A stretch of DNA of 64,000 nt from IMG/VR virus record IMGVR_UViG_3300033075_000428, positions 96,001 through 160,000 of that record; one strand, written 5' to 3'. Position 1 is the first letter of the stretch. The number at the start of each line of letters is the position of its first letter. This stretch comes from a virus. Taxonomy: Duplodnaviria > Caudoviricetes. Of the stretch, positions 24,378 through 34,624 are shown piece by piece. The notes beneath the pieces were generated by a model. That model worked only from the letters and a program-made list of their open reading frames with translations. It ran no database searches and was not told the DNA's origin. The position numbers were made by a program, and so were the translations under genes.

Positions 24378-27015
24378 CTTCTTCCTCAGATTCAGAGTTG
24401 AAGTCCTCAGGTGTGAACATCTCTATCTGCGAGTAATCCAAGCACAGAGAGTCGCGAGTGTTCTTGGTGTTTAAGAATGCTTCCCAAAATACAAGGAACT
24501 CAGACGGTGAGATAATCGCTGGGAAAACGTTTCGTATTCCACCGAATATGATGTTCAACCGCCAAGAGACGAAATGAAACTCATCAACAATCTGCTTCCC
24601 AAATTGGGACAGTTTCTGGGAACACTCTGCAATTAACAGTCGTGACCCTTCGTTTCTATTTGACATCTTGTTTGTGAAGTCGAACTGATGAAGGAAGTAA
24701 AGGGAAAAGATTAGCCGCTTGCCCTCGACACTGATTTTCTTTCCACCTTTCTTCAGTTTCAGTGCTTGTTTGACAATAGTTGGAGTTGAGTTCCCAAGAC
24801 GTAACTCAATTGACTCCAAATCCTTTACTAAACTATTAATCAGGTGGAGAGATTTGTCCAGAGTCGGTTTTACCGCACCACCTGTTATCCTGTTGAAGAC
24901 ACCAAGGAATGAGTTACTTCTTCCCCAGTTCAGCAGGAGGAACTCAGCGCACTCTCTGATTAATTCATCAGGAGCATTTGCGAGTTGCTTCAACGCGTAT
25001 TCATGGAGTGACATCGCATTCTTCTGCTTCCGAAGGAACGGGAGCATATGTTTGCGAACACCAACCATCTTGTATCCAGTTATGAATGGAACAAGCTCAT
25101 TGAACGAGTAGAACCGAAGATTCGAAGCATAGCTGTTACCGCAATTTCCAGTGTTACTAGACAAGACTTCACTACAGGTATTGAATATACCACCATCTTT
25201 GTCAAAGTAGTCTCTTGAGTCAAAGTCAATGAAGTCCTTGAATAACTCATCCATTGGGAACGTTACATTGTTGTATGAGAGACAACAATACAGAAATGAG
25301 TTATTGGCAGAGAATGCTTGGATTGTCTCGCTCTGCTTAATCCAGTTACCTGTACTAGAGAGTGAAGAGTAATTGTGATAATCCTTCTGCTCAATAGTTT
25401 TGATACCATTGTGACCTTGTTCTGGTTTCAGTGGACGCATTTCTTCCAACTCAGACAAGTAGAAAAATCTACTCCCATGAAGTTGGTCTAGTGAATAGGT
25501 CTCAATGATTCGGGACAATAGCTCAAAGTTCTGCAATGTCTTGCGACGAACCCATGGATTATTAGGCAGTGTCTCGTCTGGCAGTTCAACAGGGGTGATG
25601 ACGTTCACCATCGTTTGGTTTAACGCCTGATATCCTGGGAGAGTTTTACCATCTTGACGCACTGTCGTGTTTGTTTCCAGAACATGGTTGAACAAGCTTC
25701 GAATACGAGAGATGATGTATCGATTTGAAGTCTTGTCACCGCTTGTTCTACAAAGGTCGTCAACAACATAGAAATTGAACTTCTTCTCTGTAAAGCTAAC
25801 TCGATTTTCATTGACGCTATTCGTCAGAGTCTTCAGGTATTCATCTCTGCACCAGAATTTGGAGAGTGATAATCCACCGTTTCTTTGAAGATAAATTTGA
25901 CTCCATACCTTGTGGTCATTCCATGTTACTTCAGAATTATAGTCGGAGTAAAGGTCAAATAGACCGAAGCTATTGCGATTGTATTCCACAATTGCTTCTT
26001 CAAACGTCGCGCTGTTTGCTACCTTCGATGCTCCAAATTCAACTGCGTCTTGCAGGAAAGTGGTGAGCCTCTCAGTAAGAAACTGAACGACACGGTCTCG
26101 ATATTGAATTGACTCACGAGACGCTGAAATCTGAAAATCACCAATTTGACATTTCAGGACAATTACATAATTGTTGATTAGGTAATTGGTCTGAAGTCTT
26201 TTTCCACTCTTCGTCGTGACGTACTTTGGAATTTCAATCTTACTGTCATCAACGATGTAAGGGATATTCCCCATCACAGCGACAATCAAGTCTCTGTCTG
26301 ACGACAAGAAGTCAGTTAGACCGTCACCATCAAGAATAACCCCCAGTTCATTGCTGAAGATTGGTTCTGAATATTCATCGTACTTTGTGAGAGTTACTGA
26401 GTTAACAATAGGTGGTACATCGAAGAACGCACCAAGCTGTTCTACTGTTTGCTGTAATGTTTTGAAATCAGAAACCTGAACAGGAACACGAATCTCTAGT
26501 CCTGTTTCCTCATCAGTTGGTACTTCAGAAATCTTCGTGATTTTGCCATTCTGTGTCTCATCGATATACGACAAGTACGTTGTTTTCGTACCATCTTTGT
26601 ATGAGACAATGGTAAATGTGTCTGTGTACGCAAACGCCGACTTACTCCCAATGCCAAGGAATCCAGTCTGTGTGTTAGTCTCTCGTTTGGTTGAAGAACC
26701 ATAGTAGGCGAACACTTCCCAAATCTGCTGTTGGTCAAGTGACTTGCCATAGTCACGAATCTTCAACTCAGGGTCAAGTTGGTTCGGTAGTGTGACTTTG
26801 ATTGGTTTATCAGGAGTACCAGCGTCAACGTGTGCGTCGACTGCATTGGTCATGTACTCACGAACAACTGCAAGAATCTTGTTCGAGTACAGCTGGTCTC
26901 TCAGAATGGAGAGGATGTGTGACTGATTATCCTGCTTGATGCCGTATTGAATCTCATCGCCAATCTTTGGCTTCAGATTCGTTGCCACTACGTCATGCTC
27001 AATCACTGCTTTCAT
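24370..27015 (-). CDS. rIIA: rIIA-like protein (GHKL ATPase N-terminus)
   Basis: LYSNKILAVVREYMTNAVDAH, IRDYG, YGSSTK, GFLGIGSKS, ASRE. Confidence 0.9.
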   Translation of the reverse strand: MKAVIEHDVVATNLKPKIGDEIQYGIKQDNQSHILSILRDQLYSNKILAVVREYMTNAVDAHVDAGTPDKPIKVTLPNQLDPELKIRDYGKSLDQQQIWEVFAYYGSSTKRETNTQTGFLGIGSKSAFAYTDTFTIVSYKDGTKTTYLSYIDETQNGKITKISEVPTDEETGLEIRVPVQVSDFKTLQQTVEQLGAFFDVPPIVNSVTLTKYDEYSEPIFSNELGVILDGDGLTDFLSSDRDLIVAVMGNIPYIVDDSKIEIPKYVTTKSGKRLQTNYLINNYVIVLKCQIGDFQISASRESIQYRDRVVQFLTERLTTFLQDAVEFGASKVANSATFEEAIVEYNRNSFGLFDLYSDYNSEVTWNDHKVWSQIYLQRNGGLSLSKFWCRDEYLKTLTNSVNENRVSFTEKKFNFYVVDDLCRTSGDKTSNRYIISRIRSLFNHVLETNTTVRQDGKTLPGYQALNQTMVNVITPVELPDETLPNNPWVRRKTLQNFELLSRIIETYSLDQLHGSRFFYLSELEEMRPLKPEQGHNGIKTIEQKDYHNYSSLSSTGNWIKQSETIQAFSANNSFLYCCLSYNNVTFPMDELFKDFIDFDSRDYFDKDGGIFNTCSEVLSSNTGNCGNSYASNLRFYSFNELVPFITGYKMVGVRKHMLPFLRKQKNAMSLHEYALKQLANAPDELIRECAEFLLLNWGRSNSFLGVFNRITGGAVKPTLDKSLHLINSLVKDLESIELRLGNSTPTIVKQALKLKKGGKKISVEGKRLIFSLYFLHQFDFTNKMSNRNEGSRLLIAECSQKLSQFGKQIVDEFHFVSWRLNIIFGGIRNVFPAIISPSEFLVFWEAFLNTKNTRDSLCLDYSQIEMFTPEDFNSESEEEDD

Positions 27016-27125
27016 CGTTGCTCCCGTGTGTGGTAATTCCTACACAGGATGGAACGTGGGCTCTAGGTTAAGGCTGGTCTATACGGTGATAGAAAGGTAG
27101 ACAGCGGGTCTGAGCTTGATTCTTA

Positions 27126-27611
27126 TCAAGTCGACAAGATTGACCAAAATTCGATTTTGGTACGAGAAAGACCGAAAACCCAGTTCTTATCTTCAAAGTA
27201 AAAGAGTGTTTGAAGATTCTTTGTATCAGCGGCTCTACCCCAAACAGAGATGAGGTATCTTGACTGTTCTCTTGAGAGTTCTTTCAAGAGTTCTTCAAAC
27301 GAAGATACCTTGAAGAATGTGAAAAGCTCAGTCTCAGAGATGAAGAACTTTGGATAGGAGCTATCACCTAAACGTTCGACGGCAAATCCCCAAAAGAAGA
27401 ACGGTATAAACTGACTCTTATGCACCGCACAGTACTTTGAAGACTGGCGCATTGAAGTAACAGGTATCTTCTTAAGGAACTTTATCTTCGTTGCACCTGA
27501 ACTTACTACCTTACCACTCTCAATTACTCCGTTGTCTTCTTGCTTACTCTTCTCTGCCAAACGTTTGTCGGTATTGTAGGTCATTTGTTGTGTCACTATT
27601 GAAGATGTCAT
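27126..27611 (-). CDS. hypothetical protein
   Basis: 161-aa ORF, ATGA overlap. Confidence 0.55.
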   Translation of the reverse strand: MTSSIVTQQMTYNTDKRLAEKSKQEDNGVIESGKVVSSGATKIKFLKKIPVTSMRQSSKYCAVHKSQFIPFFFWGFAVERLGDSSYPKFFISETELFTFFKVSSFEELLKELSREQSRYLISVWGRAADTKNLQTLFYFEDKNWVFGLSRTKIEFWSILST

Positions 27612-28345
27612 TTGGGGAATACCGTGAAAGCTTTATTGGAAAGTACTAAACCAGTAAGACCAGCGCAAGAGTTGATTCGGTCGAATATCAACGGGTCTTC
27701 TGATAGTGACTTATTATAATCATCTTCCTGACAGTAATCAGCGCACAAACAACCGATGATATTTTTCTTCTCGTCAAACAGTGGTGCCAGTATTAGCACT
27801 TCAGTATGAGAGTTCTCAAGAAAATTACGAGCAAATCCAAGCTGGAGTTCACCAGTCAAAATTGTGTAAACCGAATTCACAAAAACGTTCTTCGTTGTTG
27901 TGATTGAATGCTCAACAGCTATTCGACTATTGTTCATTGGTTCAATAGGGAACAAGCATAACATGATGTCCCAGAGTCTGGTAATTGGCACACCTTGAAC
28001 ATTCTGTCCTTGATAGGCGATACCACGTCCACAGACTTCAAACGTATTCGTTATTCTCCAAGCAGAAGAATTTGGTAGGAACGTTCCACCATTGTGGAAT
28101 TGGTAGATGTAAACACGGTCTGCATCAATGACCGCGCGAAGTTCTATCAAGAGGTTGTTAATCTGCTCGTGCTGTGACGTGAATGTCTTCCAAGGAAGTG
28201 CTGGTGCTGAACCCTTTTCCATAGTGCTCTTGGCAAAGAGCTTATAGAGACGTTCACGGAAAAGGCTGACGAGACCGATAAAGATGAATGCAAGTGCAAT
28301 ACCTAAAACATCTTTCGTCTCTTTTACTAGTTCTAATAGTTCCAC
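27608..28345 (-). CDS. single-TM plus GAF-like domain protein (T4 holin T-like architecture)
   Basis: N-terminal TM; ADRVYIYQFHNG; PLF...IIGCLCADY. Confidence 0.6.
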   Translation of the reverse strand: MELLELVKETKDVLGIALAFIFIGLVSLFRERLYKLFAKSTMEKGSAPALPWKTFTSQHEQINNLLIELRAVIDADRVYIYQFHNGGTFLPNSSAWRITNTFEVCGRGIAYQGQNVQGVPITRLWDIMLCLFPIEPMNNSRIAVEHSITTTKNVFVNSVYTILTGELQLGFARNFLENSHTEVLILAPLFDEKKNIIGCLCADYCQEDDYNKSLSEDPLIFDRINSCAGLTGLVLSNKAFTVFPK

Positions 28346-28371
28346 TGAGACATTTGAATACTAGACAATGC

Positions 28372-28923
28372 TTATTTGTGTTCTTTTATAACGCTAAGAA
28401 TTAGCTTCGAAACGTCAACTACTTTTTGTCGCTGTTCTTTTGTCATCACTGTTACCTTATCCGTTTCTGATAGCTTGTGTAGCTGGTCAGGATTGAATAG
28501 GGAATCCAGCTTGTTCATCAAGTTCTTGACGTTCACATTGTTTGATGTGTTCTCCAAAAATCTGAGGGACTCATTCATAGACGTTTGAATTGACAAGAAT
28601 AGCGGCATGAGCTCTTCATCAGACTTGGAATCGATATTCGCATGGGAATACAATCGAGACTCAATCTTGTCCATTGCGTCAAGCAATCTTGATACCCGTT
28701 GCATCTGCTTGTACACTACAAGTGCCATGAAGCCATTCAGATTACTCTTGAATGAACTCAATAGCTTTTCCATATGCTGCACTTCGCTGACTGTCGCTGG
28801 TTTGCCATTGATATACCCAATGACTTTTCTTAACGAAACAATGTCAACTTCTTCTGGGTCAGCTTGGTGAGTATGTACTGGTAATTGTGGAAGTTGCTCT
28901 TCATTATCATCAATAGTCGTCAT
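28372..28923 (-). CDS. helical hypothetical protein, similar to dUTPase N-terminal extension
   Basis: IE..L....ID..S.E.L...F/Y......E.L pattern shared with 29338..30210. Confidence 0.6.
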   Translation of the reverse strand: MTTIDDNEEQLPQLPVHTHQADPEEVDIVSLRKVIGYINGKPATVSEVQHMEKLLSSFKSNLNGFMALVVYKQMQRVSRLLDAMDKIESRLYSHANIDSKSDEELMPLFLSIQTSMNESLRFLENTSNNVNVKNLMNKLDSLFNPDQLHKLSETDKVTVMTKEQRQKVVDVSKLILSVIKEHK

Positions 28924-29266
28924 CTGTGCTTCCGTTTGTCGAAATTGAAGACTTGTTTACCAGACCAAGCAAAATCTCACTGTTAAGCTCTTTTGTCTTC
29001 CTCATAATGTGTTCAAACGATTCTGAATCAATGCTATTGATTAGCTCTCGTAGAATCAAAAATGAAGAGTAAGAAAGATAAATCTTGCCAAGATTGAATG
29101 CATGTCGCTCACTCTTGGTTGAATCATGCTTCCTTATTACAGCAACACGGCCTGAATCTGGAAACTCTAAAATCTCAAAAATCAAACTCTTGTTGTCATT
29201 GAGAGGTATTGTCTCTTTGAATAAGAGGGTAATGACCTTCTCACGTTGTGCAAAATCTTTGTTCAT
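28910..29266 (-). CDS. hypothetical protein
   Basis: 118-aa ORF with AGGA RBS. Confidence 0.55.
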   Translation of the reverse strand: MNKDFAQREKVITLLFKETIPLNDNKSLIFEILEFPDSGRVAVIRKHDSTKSERHAFNLGKIYLSYSSFLILRELINSIDSESFEHIMRKTKELNSEILLGLVNKSSISTNGSTDDDY

Positions 29267-29337
29267 TGTACAATCCTAGGGTATTATCTGTTACGGTACA
29301 CACTAGGATAAAACGCAATGAAGCCAGATTTTACAGA

Positions 29338-30210
29338 TTACTTGTACCCAGTTGAACCTAGACCACCACGGGACTCTTTTCTGCCAAATGACGGTGACGT
29401 CTGCTCGAGGAATACGACTTCAGGAGAGTTCTTTACGATTGTCATCTGAGCAATTCTACTGCCTTCTTCAATCACAAATACATCCTTGTGCGAGACGTTC
29501 GTGATGATAAGCCACAAGTGGTCATCCTTACCGCAATAGTCCTCATCAATGATACTGACACCAGTTGGGAACGCTAGTCCCTTTGAAGCTAACCCAGAAC
29601 GGATTCGTACTTCATAGTGATAGCCAGGTGGAGTCTGGATGATAAGTCCTGTGTTAATCTTCGCTGTTGACAAATGTGGAATCTCCAATCTCGTTGGAGT
29701 ACAAATGTCATATGCTTCTGACTGTGGTGTTGCCTTCCGAGGCATTGGAATCTGGAACGTGTTGTATATCTTGACGGGTAACGTACCGTCGGGAATCAAC
29801 CCTGTGTCTACTGACTTCGGCAGGAATGATGACTGGGTGATGCTGGCGATTGAACGCTGGTTGATTCGGGAGACAATATCACGAATCATCGCCAGTTCTT
29901 CCATGAACCTATCACTTGATTTACTGTAGAACTCAACAAGACTCTCGGTGGAAATCTTGTCAATGTCCTTTTCAATCTTACCTTCGATTGCAGACAAAAG
30001 TTCTTCCATGGCGGTCAGCTTATCAACCTTGTGATTGATGAGTGCCAGAAAGATGAGATGAATCTTGTCTACTTGATTGTCTAGAACTGAAGCAAATAGT
30101 TCATCTGCATGCTTGAACTCCTTGTCACTCATCGCTCTGAGTTTATCCAAGAAGGAGCTATCCACTACTAGTTGTTTGTCTAATACACCCATACTTCTCC
30201 TAGTTAACAA
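29338..30210 (-). CDS. dut: trimeric dUTPase with ~130-aa helical N-terminal extension
   Basis: motifs AYDI, RSGLA, IIDEDYCG, RIAQM, RGGLGSTG. Confidence 0.88.
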   Translation of the reverse strand: MLTRRSMGVLDKQLVVDSSFLDKLRAMSDKEFKHADELFASVLDNQVDKIHLIFLALINHKVDKLTAMEELLSAIEGKIEKDIDKISTESLVEFYSKSSDRFMEELAMIRDIVSRINQRSIASITQSSFLPKSVDTGLIPDGTLPVKIYNTFQIPMPRKATPQSEAYDICTPTRLEIPHLSTAKINTGLIIQTPPGYHYEVRIRSGLASKGLAFPTGVSIIDEDYCGKDDHLWLIITNVSHKDVFVIEEGSRIAQMTIVKNSPEVVFLEQTSPSFGRKESRGGLGSTGYK

Positions 30211-31409
30211 TTGTCTAAATCAAGCTCTTCATCTTCAATGGGACTTTCATCCTGCCCATTGTTCTCAAGGAAGTTAGCCAGACCTTTTGTAATCAAGTCT
30301 TTGAACATTGGAATGTTCATGTACTTTTGAGCCTGATTGTTCAATGCCTTTCTGACAGTAACTTCTGTGGTGTGGAAGTGACTTGAAAGCTTGTTGATAT
30401 TGAACTCTTTGTTCGTCATTGCATAGAGGAATATCTCGACTTCCTTGTTCATCTTCAGGAAGTCTTTGTGACGGGGTATCGACACAGTCCTTCCACCGAG
30501 TATTGATACCAAGTCAAGTATCTTCTCAGGACCAAACACATAGTACAAATCAGTGAACCCAGGGTACTTGTCTTCGAGTTGGACAAGTTGTAGGAAGAAC
30601 TTGTCTAGTATCACAAGTTGTTCTCCTTCTTTTGTAGACCTTACCGAAATCGGAGAATGCTCTTTCAAGTCTTCTCGTGAAGCCAGCGCAATGGAACAAC
30701 GGAAACAAACAAGAGCCTTTGTATAAAGGCTCAGACACTTCTGCCGAGTGTAGACCCAGTCATTCTCTTTGAAGATTTGAATCACTTCACGAGGCTTCAA
30801 CCGTCCATCATCACAGTTCTGATATAGGGTGATTATCAGATGTGAGATGATTGGCTTTTCTTCTTCAGTGAAGTGCGATGAAAGAGTGCGAATACTATTG
30901 AGAAGCATGGTCTCATTGATTGCGCTCTGCGGGGTGTTGTAATGAAACTCTGAGCTAATCTCGTCTAGGTTTAGCTTCTCACCCTCGATTGAAACCATTG
31001 AGTTTTTGTAGTCATAGAAGTTCTTTCGATAATGAGTATACATGCCAAGAACAATGCGCTTATCAAAGTACGCATACATTCTTTTCTCATTCTCGAAAAT
31101 CAATCTCTTGCTTGATAGGTCATCGATGAGTGTCTCATATGCCCATGAGAATAGCTCTTCAAAGACTTCATTCCCACCTGTATATGAAAACCGCTTGTCA
31201 CTCTTTGAAAGGAAAGAATTGGCAAGCGGTATACAACCTATCTTGATACGTTCGAATGCTTCAGCATCGTTCTGCTTCTGGAATAGCTCATAGTCATCAA
31301 AGAACGTCTTCAAGAACTTGTAGTTCACTTCAATCGAACGGAAGTGCTTCATCACTGTTCTTAGTGACGCGGTCTTTTTCCAGAAAACGATATTGTGTTT
31401 CGTGCTCAA
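30204..31409 (-). CDS. sigma-factor-like protein with C-terminal Mor-like domain
   Basis: region-2-like EELFSWAYETL...YAYFDKRI.LGM...YRK; FGPEKILDLVSILGGRTVSIP followed by HTH. Confidence 0.55.
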   Translation of the reverse strand: MSTKHNIVFWKKTASLRTVMKHFRSIEVNYKFLKTFFDDYELFQKQNDAEAFERIKIGCIPLANSFLSKSDKRFSYTGGNEVFEELFSWAYETLIDDLSSKRLIFENEKRMYAYFDKRIVLGMYTHYRKNFYDYKNSMVSIEGEKLNLDEISSEFHYNTPQSAINETMLLNSIRTLSSHFTEEEKPIISHLIITLYQNCDDGRLKPREVIQIFKENDWVYTRQKCLSLYTKALVCFRCSIALASREDLKEHSPISVRSTKEGEQLVILDKFFLQLVQLEDKYPGFTDLYYVFGPEKILDLVSILGGRTVSIPRHKDFLKMNKEVEIFLYAMTNKEFNINKLSSHFHTTEVTVRKALNNQAQKYMNIPMFKDLITKGLANFLENNGQDESPIEDEELDLDNC

Positions 31410-31498
31410 AATGTATTTGGTCTAGTAATAAGAACGAATCAATCTTCTTAAACTACCCAAACACCAAAGTGAGTGTGATGGTAGGCTCACTACATTGA

Positions 31499-32845
31499 TT
31501 ACTTGTCTGTTCTGAGTCTCAAGAATACTCCGAATCGCAAAGCTCCATCCTTCGTAATCTCTTGGAATTCTGCTTCGACAATCTGCCCAATCAACTTGTT
31601 GCCCTTGTGTAGGTACATGTAGTATACACGCTGGGTCTCACTAAATCCTGAACCAACGAAAGAAGTTTCTCCACTTGGACTCTGCAACTCAACGGAACCT
31701 AGAGAGCAAGTGAGCTTCTGTAACTCGCTGACAGGAACTCCAAACTCTTCACTACACTTCTGAATCAACTTGGCGGACGGTGGTTTGCTGAACTTCTTGT
31801 CACCGTCTTTAACTGCAATGATTGGTAGGTCTTCAGTTTGAACTGGTTTGTCCTTAACCCAAAACTCAGAACGAATGTTCTCATATTGGGATGACAAATC
31901 CTTGAACACTGAGCCTTCAAATCCCTGCTTCACAAACTCTCGTGTTGCTGAGATTGCTTCTTCCTTCGTCCTGATTATCTTTTGTTCAACACGAATGACA
32001 TTGTCAAAGCTCTTGCCCTGAAAGAGAAGGCTAATTTGTTTGCTTCTCTCACGCTGTGAACGTTCACTCTTTGCTGCAAGTAACTCATCGATAGACAGAC
32101 AGTCAAAAACATGGAAGTTCAGAGACAGCCTATCTGGGTGGTCAAACTTGCTTGAGGCGATTGAACTGGTATCATTCCAGTTTGTTGCAAGTAACTCACC
32201 ATCGAAAACAATGCCTGTGTCCAAAAATGGTTTCAGTTGCTCGATGATGTGCTGAACATTACCGAAGTAGAACTCCTTCAACTGCCTGCTCAACGCAACA
32301 TAGATTCCTGGAGTTTGGCTAAAGATAACGCATCGGAATCCATCCATCTTTGGTTCAGCAACCCATGTTGACCCATTGTCAAGAAACTCCCATGATTTTC
32401 TTGGTGAAGCAAGTTGTACCCCCCAACTGCTCTTCAGCGAGGGGTACACTTTTGCTATTGTTGTCTTTCCAACACCACTTACAAACTCCTTGTTCAGGAA
32501 CTTGTTGAACCAAGCACGAATGTTGTTGTCAGCAATTGATGTCTGAAAAGCTGCAATGGCACGGAGTGCCATATTGCCAGTCAGGTCTCGTGTTCTGAGT
32601 TTATCAGTCAATGAGACAAATGAACCCCACAGTTCATCTTCAGTACTGAAGGGAGAAAATACAGAGTCAGGTTCAATGACAGGAGCGGAGATTCCGAGTG
32701 TTATGAAAGGATTGAAGACAATTTCTGAAGTGACACGTAAGAACTCATTGTCCTTGATGGCAAGTAGAATCGTTTCCTTTTCTTTCCGCGAATTGGTATT
32801 CTCACACTCATTGAGTGCGTCAATGAACTCTGTTAGTCTGTTCAT
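31499..32845 (-). CDS. lig: ATP-dependent DNA ligase
   Basis: EPKMDGFR, FDGEL, FHVFD, FEGSVFK, VGSGF, LRFGVF..LRTDK. Confidence 0.93.
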   Translation of the reverse strand: MNRLTEFIDALNECENTNSRKEKETILLAIKDNEFLRVTSEIVFNPFITLGISAPVIEPDSVFSPFSTEDELWGSFVSLTDKLRTRDLTGNMALRAIAAFQTSIADNNIRAWFNKFLNKEFVSGVGKTTIAKVYPSLKSSWGVQLASPRKSWEFLDNGSTWVAEPKMDGFRCVIFSQTPGIYVALSRQLKEFYFGNVQHIIEQLKPFLDTGIVFDGELLATNWNDTSSIASSKFDHPDRLSLNFHVFDCLSIDELLAAKSERSQRERSKQISLLFQGKSFDNVIRVEQKIIRTKEEAISATREFVKQGFEGSVFKDLSSQYENIRSEFWVKDKPVQTEDLPIIAVKDGDKKFSKPPSAKLIQKCSEEFGVPVSELQKLTCSLGSVELQSPSGETSFVGSGFSETQRVYYMYLHKGNKLIGQIVEAEFQEITKDGALRFGVFLRLRTDK

Positions 32846-33282
32846 TTTCTCTTTCTGAAGGGTTCTAGTCCATTAATTACTGCGTTTACAAACTCCTCGG
32901 AACCACGCTGATAGGTTCTCAGAATCTTGTCGTATACTCTCAACGCTCCAAGATTTCTGCCCATGACGTCATCAACCATGATGTTGTACGTTAGGTACGG
33001 ATTCTTCTCAAAGAGATGCTCTGCACACATCACTGGTGCTGTTGTTGACAAGATACCAACGAGGTATCCGAACAACATTGGGTCAACACCTTGTGAGTTA
33101 ACGATGTAACAATCAACGTTGAAAACTGATTCCTCACGCTTGCTAATTGCATCAACAAGAAGTATGAAGTCTAGGTCATTCTTGAGTGGTGCAACTTTAA
33201 TCATGAGGTCAACAGTATCCTCAAATTGACTTTGGATAATCTGAGGTACTGTTGTGTCGTTTCCGAGATAAAGGATGTTCAT
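32842..33282 (-). CDS. hypothetical, weak nucleoside deoxyribosyltransferase-like
   Basis: D.YIVN....D....GY..G spacing, but the catalytic Glu is not evident. Confidence 0.4.
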   Translation of the reverse strand: MNILYLGNDTTVPQIIQSQFEDTVDLMIKVAPLKNDLDFILLVDAISKREESVFNVDCYIVNSQGVDPMLFGYLVGILSTTAPVMCAEHLFEKNPYLTYNIMVDDVMGRNLGALRVYDKILRTYQRGSEEFVNAVINGLEPFRKRK

Positions 33283-34106
33283 GCAAGCCCTGAAATCAAA
33301 TCGTACTGGTTCAGTACAGAACGAATTCTGCGCTTGTACTCTTCTAGCTGAAGCATAGGAAGGCCAAGAATCTGAGCCAGCAGAGTTGGTGGAATGTAAC
33401 CGTCCTTTGTGTTCCGTGGACGTGTTTGCTTTGACCGATGGCGCAAGAACGCTTCAGCGACTTCTTCAGAGGGATTGAGACACTCTTGGAAATAGCGTGT
33501 GATGCCTGGACAATATGGTTCATGGAAACGTGAAAGCGTTAACTCAACCACTTGCAGGTCGAACGTGGATTGAAAATCTTGGAAGGCATCAAACGCATCA
33601 CCAACGTCGATTGAACGACTAGTGTTGCCTGAGTACTCCAAGTCTTCATCTGTCGTCTCCGTACCAACGGACAATGATGTTTCAACAAGCGAAGTGTCAG
33701 GGCGACGAGTGTAGAACCCAACCAAATCCTTCACAATATTGGTTGCCATCGTACGAATGGACGCACGAAGTTGTGCCTGATTAAATACCCGCATCTCGTC
33801 AAATCTCTTGGAGATTACACGACAAACGTGTGAGTTAATCTCTTGCACATAGTCCTCAGAATCCATGACACGGTTGTTTCTGCCAATAACGATATGGCGA
33901 AACATCGGTTGGAACTCCTTGATTACTCGGTCGGTGAACTCTTCAATTGTCAGGTGTTCATTGCTGACGACGGGTGTTGTTGCCTTCTGCGTCACTGCAC
34001 GCTTCACCCCTGAGCGTACCTTTTCGACTTTCCGTTTGCTTGCCTGTGGTTTCGCAGTAGAAACCCAATTTTCTTCCTCTTCCCTGTTAAGCTGCTCGAC
34101 TGACAT
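33279..34106 (-). CDS. ECF/sigma70-like phage sigma factor
   Basis: DSEDYVQE...LRASIRTMATNIVKDL (region 2); C-terminal LAQILGL...YKRRIR HTH. Confidence 0.65.
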   Translation of the reverse strand: MSVEQLNREEEENWVSTAKPQASKRKVEKVRSGVKRAVTQKATTPVVSNEHLTIEEFTDRVIKEFQPMFRHIVIGRNNRVMDSEDYVQEINSHVCRVISKRFDEMRVFNQAQLRASIRTMATNIVKDLVGFYTRRPDTSLVETSLSVGTETTDEDLEYSGNTSRSIDVGDAFDAFQDFQSTFDLQVVELTLSRFHEPYCPGITRYFQECLNPSEEVAEAFLRHRSKQTRPRNTKDGYIPPTLLAQILGLPMLQLEEYKRRIRSVLNQYDLISGLA

Positions 34107-34153
34107 TTGGAACCCCTGAAATGAAAGTATTGAAATGTGCCTAGACCTTGTGA

Positions 34154-34420
34154 CTATCGTATCTCAAAGAGAACGACACCACAATATGAAAACCTGCTTG
34201 AGCTTCCCACCCTAAGGTATTCACGTTGAGTAGTTTTGACATCACCCTTCTTTAGTGTAACAACAATTTTCTGCGGCAATGGGTCTTGCTTCCGAATCAG
34301 TAATTCGTCACGTGTGAATGACAGAAGACTGGCTCCAGACTGCTTTAGTGTCTCCACACTTACGTTGAGTAGCAGGGAAACGAGACGTGATTCAACACTG
34401 AACGTAAGGGACAATTCCAT
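34154..34420 (-). CDS. hypothetical protein
   Basis: 88-aa ORF downstream of putative promoter. Confidence 0.4.
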   Translation of the reverse strand: MELSLTFSVESRLVSLLLNVSVETLKQSGASLLSFTRDELLIRKQDPLPQKIVVTLKKGDVKTTQREYLRVGSSSRFSYCGVVLFEIR

Positions 34421-34453
34421 GGAGGCAAAACCTATGCGTTAAGAAAGCCTACG

Positions 34454-34482
34454 AATATCGGGCTTTTCTTTTTTACTCGCAA
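34454..34482 (-). promoter_or_regulatory. putative sigma70-type promoter upstream of sigma gene
   Basis: TTGCGA-N17-GATATT in the same TTTTTGTTGC-N16-CCCGATATTYGTA context as 3485-3513; overlaps a hairpin. Confidence 0.45.
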
Positions 34483-34624
34483 CAAAAAGTTGACAAACCT
34501 GCTAAATGCGTGTTTCTAGCATCGTGCTAAGTTGTCAGACCCCTTGTTATGCTGAGAAAACTCGGAAAATGCCACAGCTAGTCTCGAGGTATACTGTGTT
34601 GTATAATACATACACAGCATTGTT

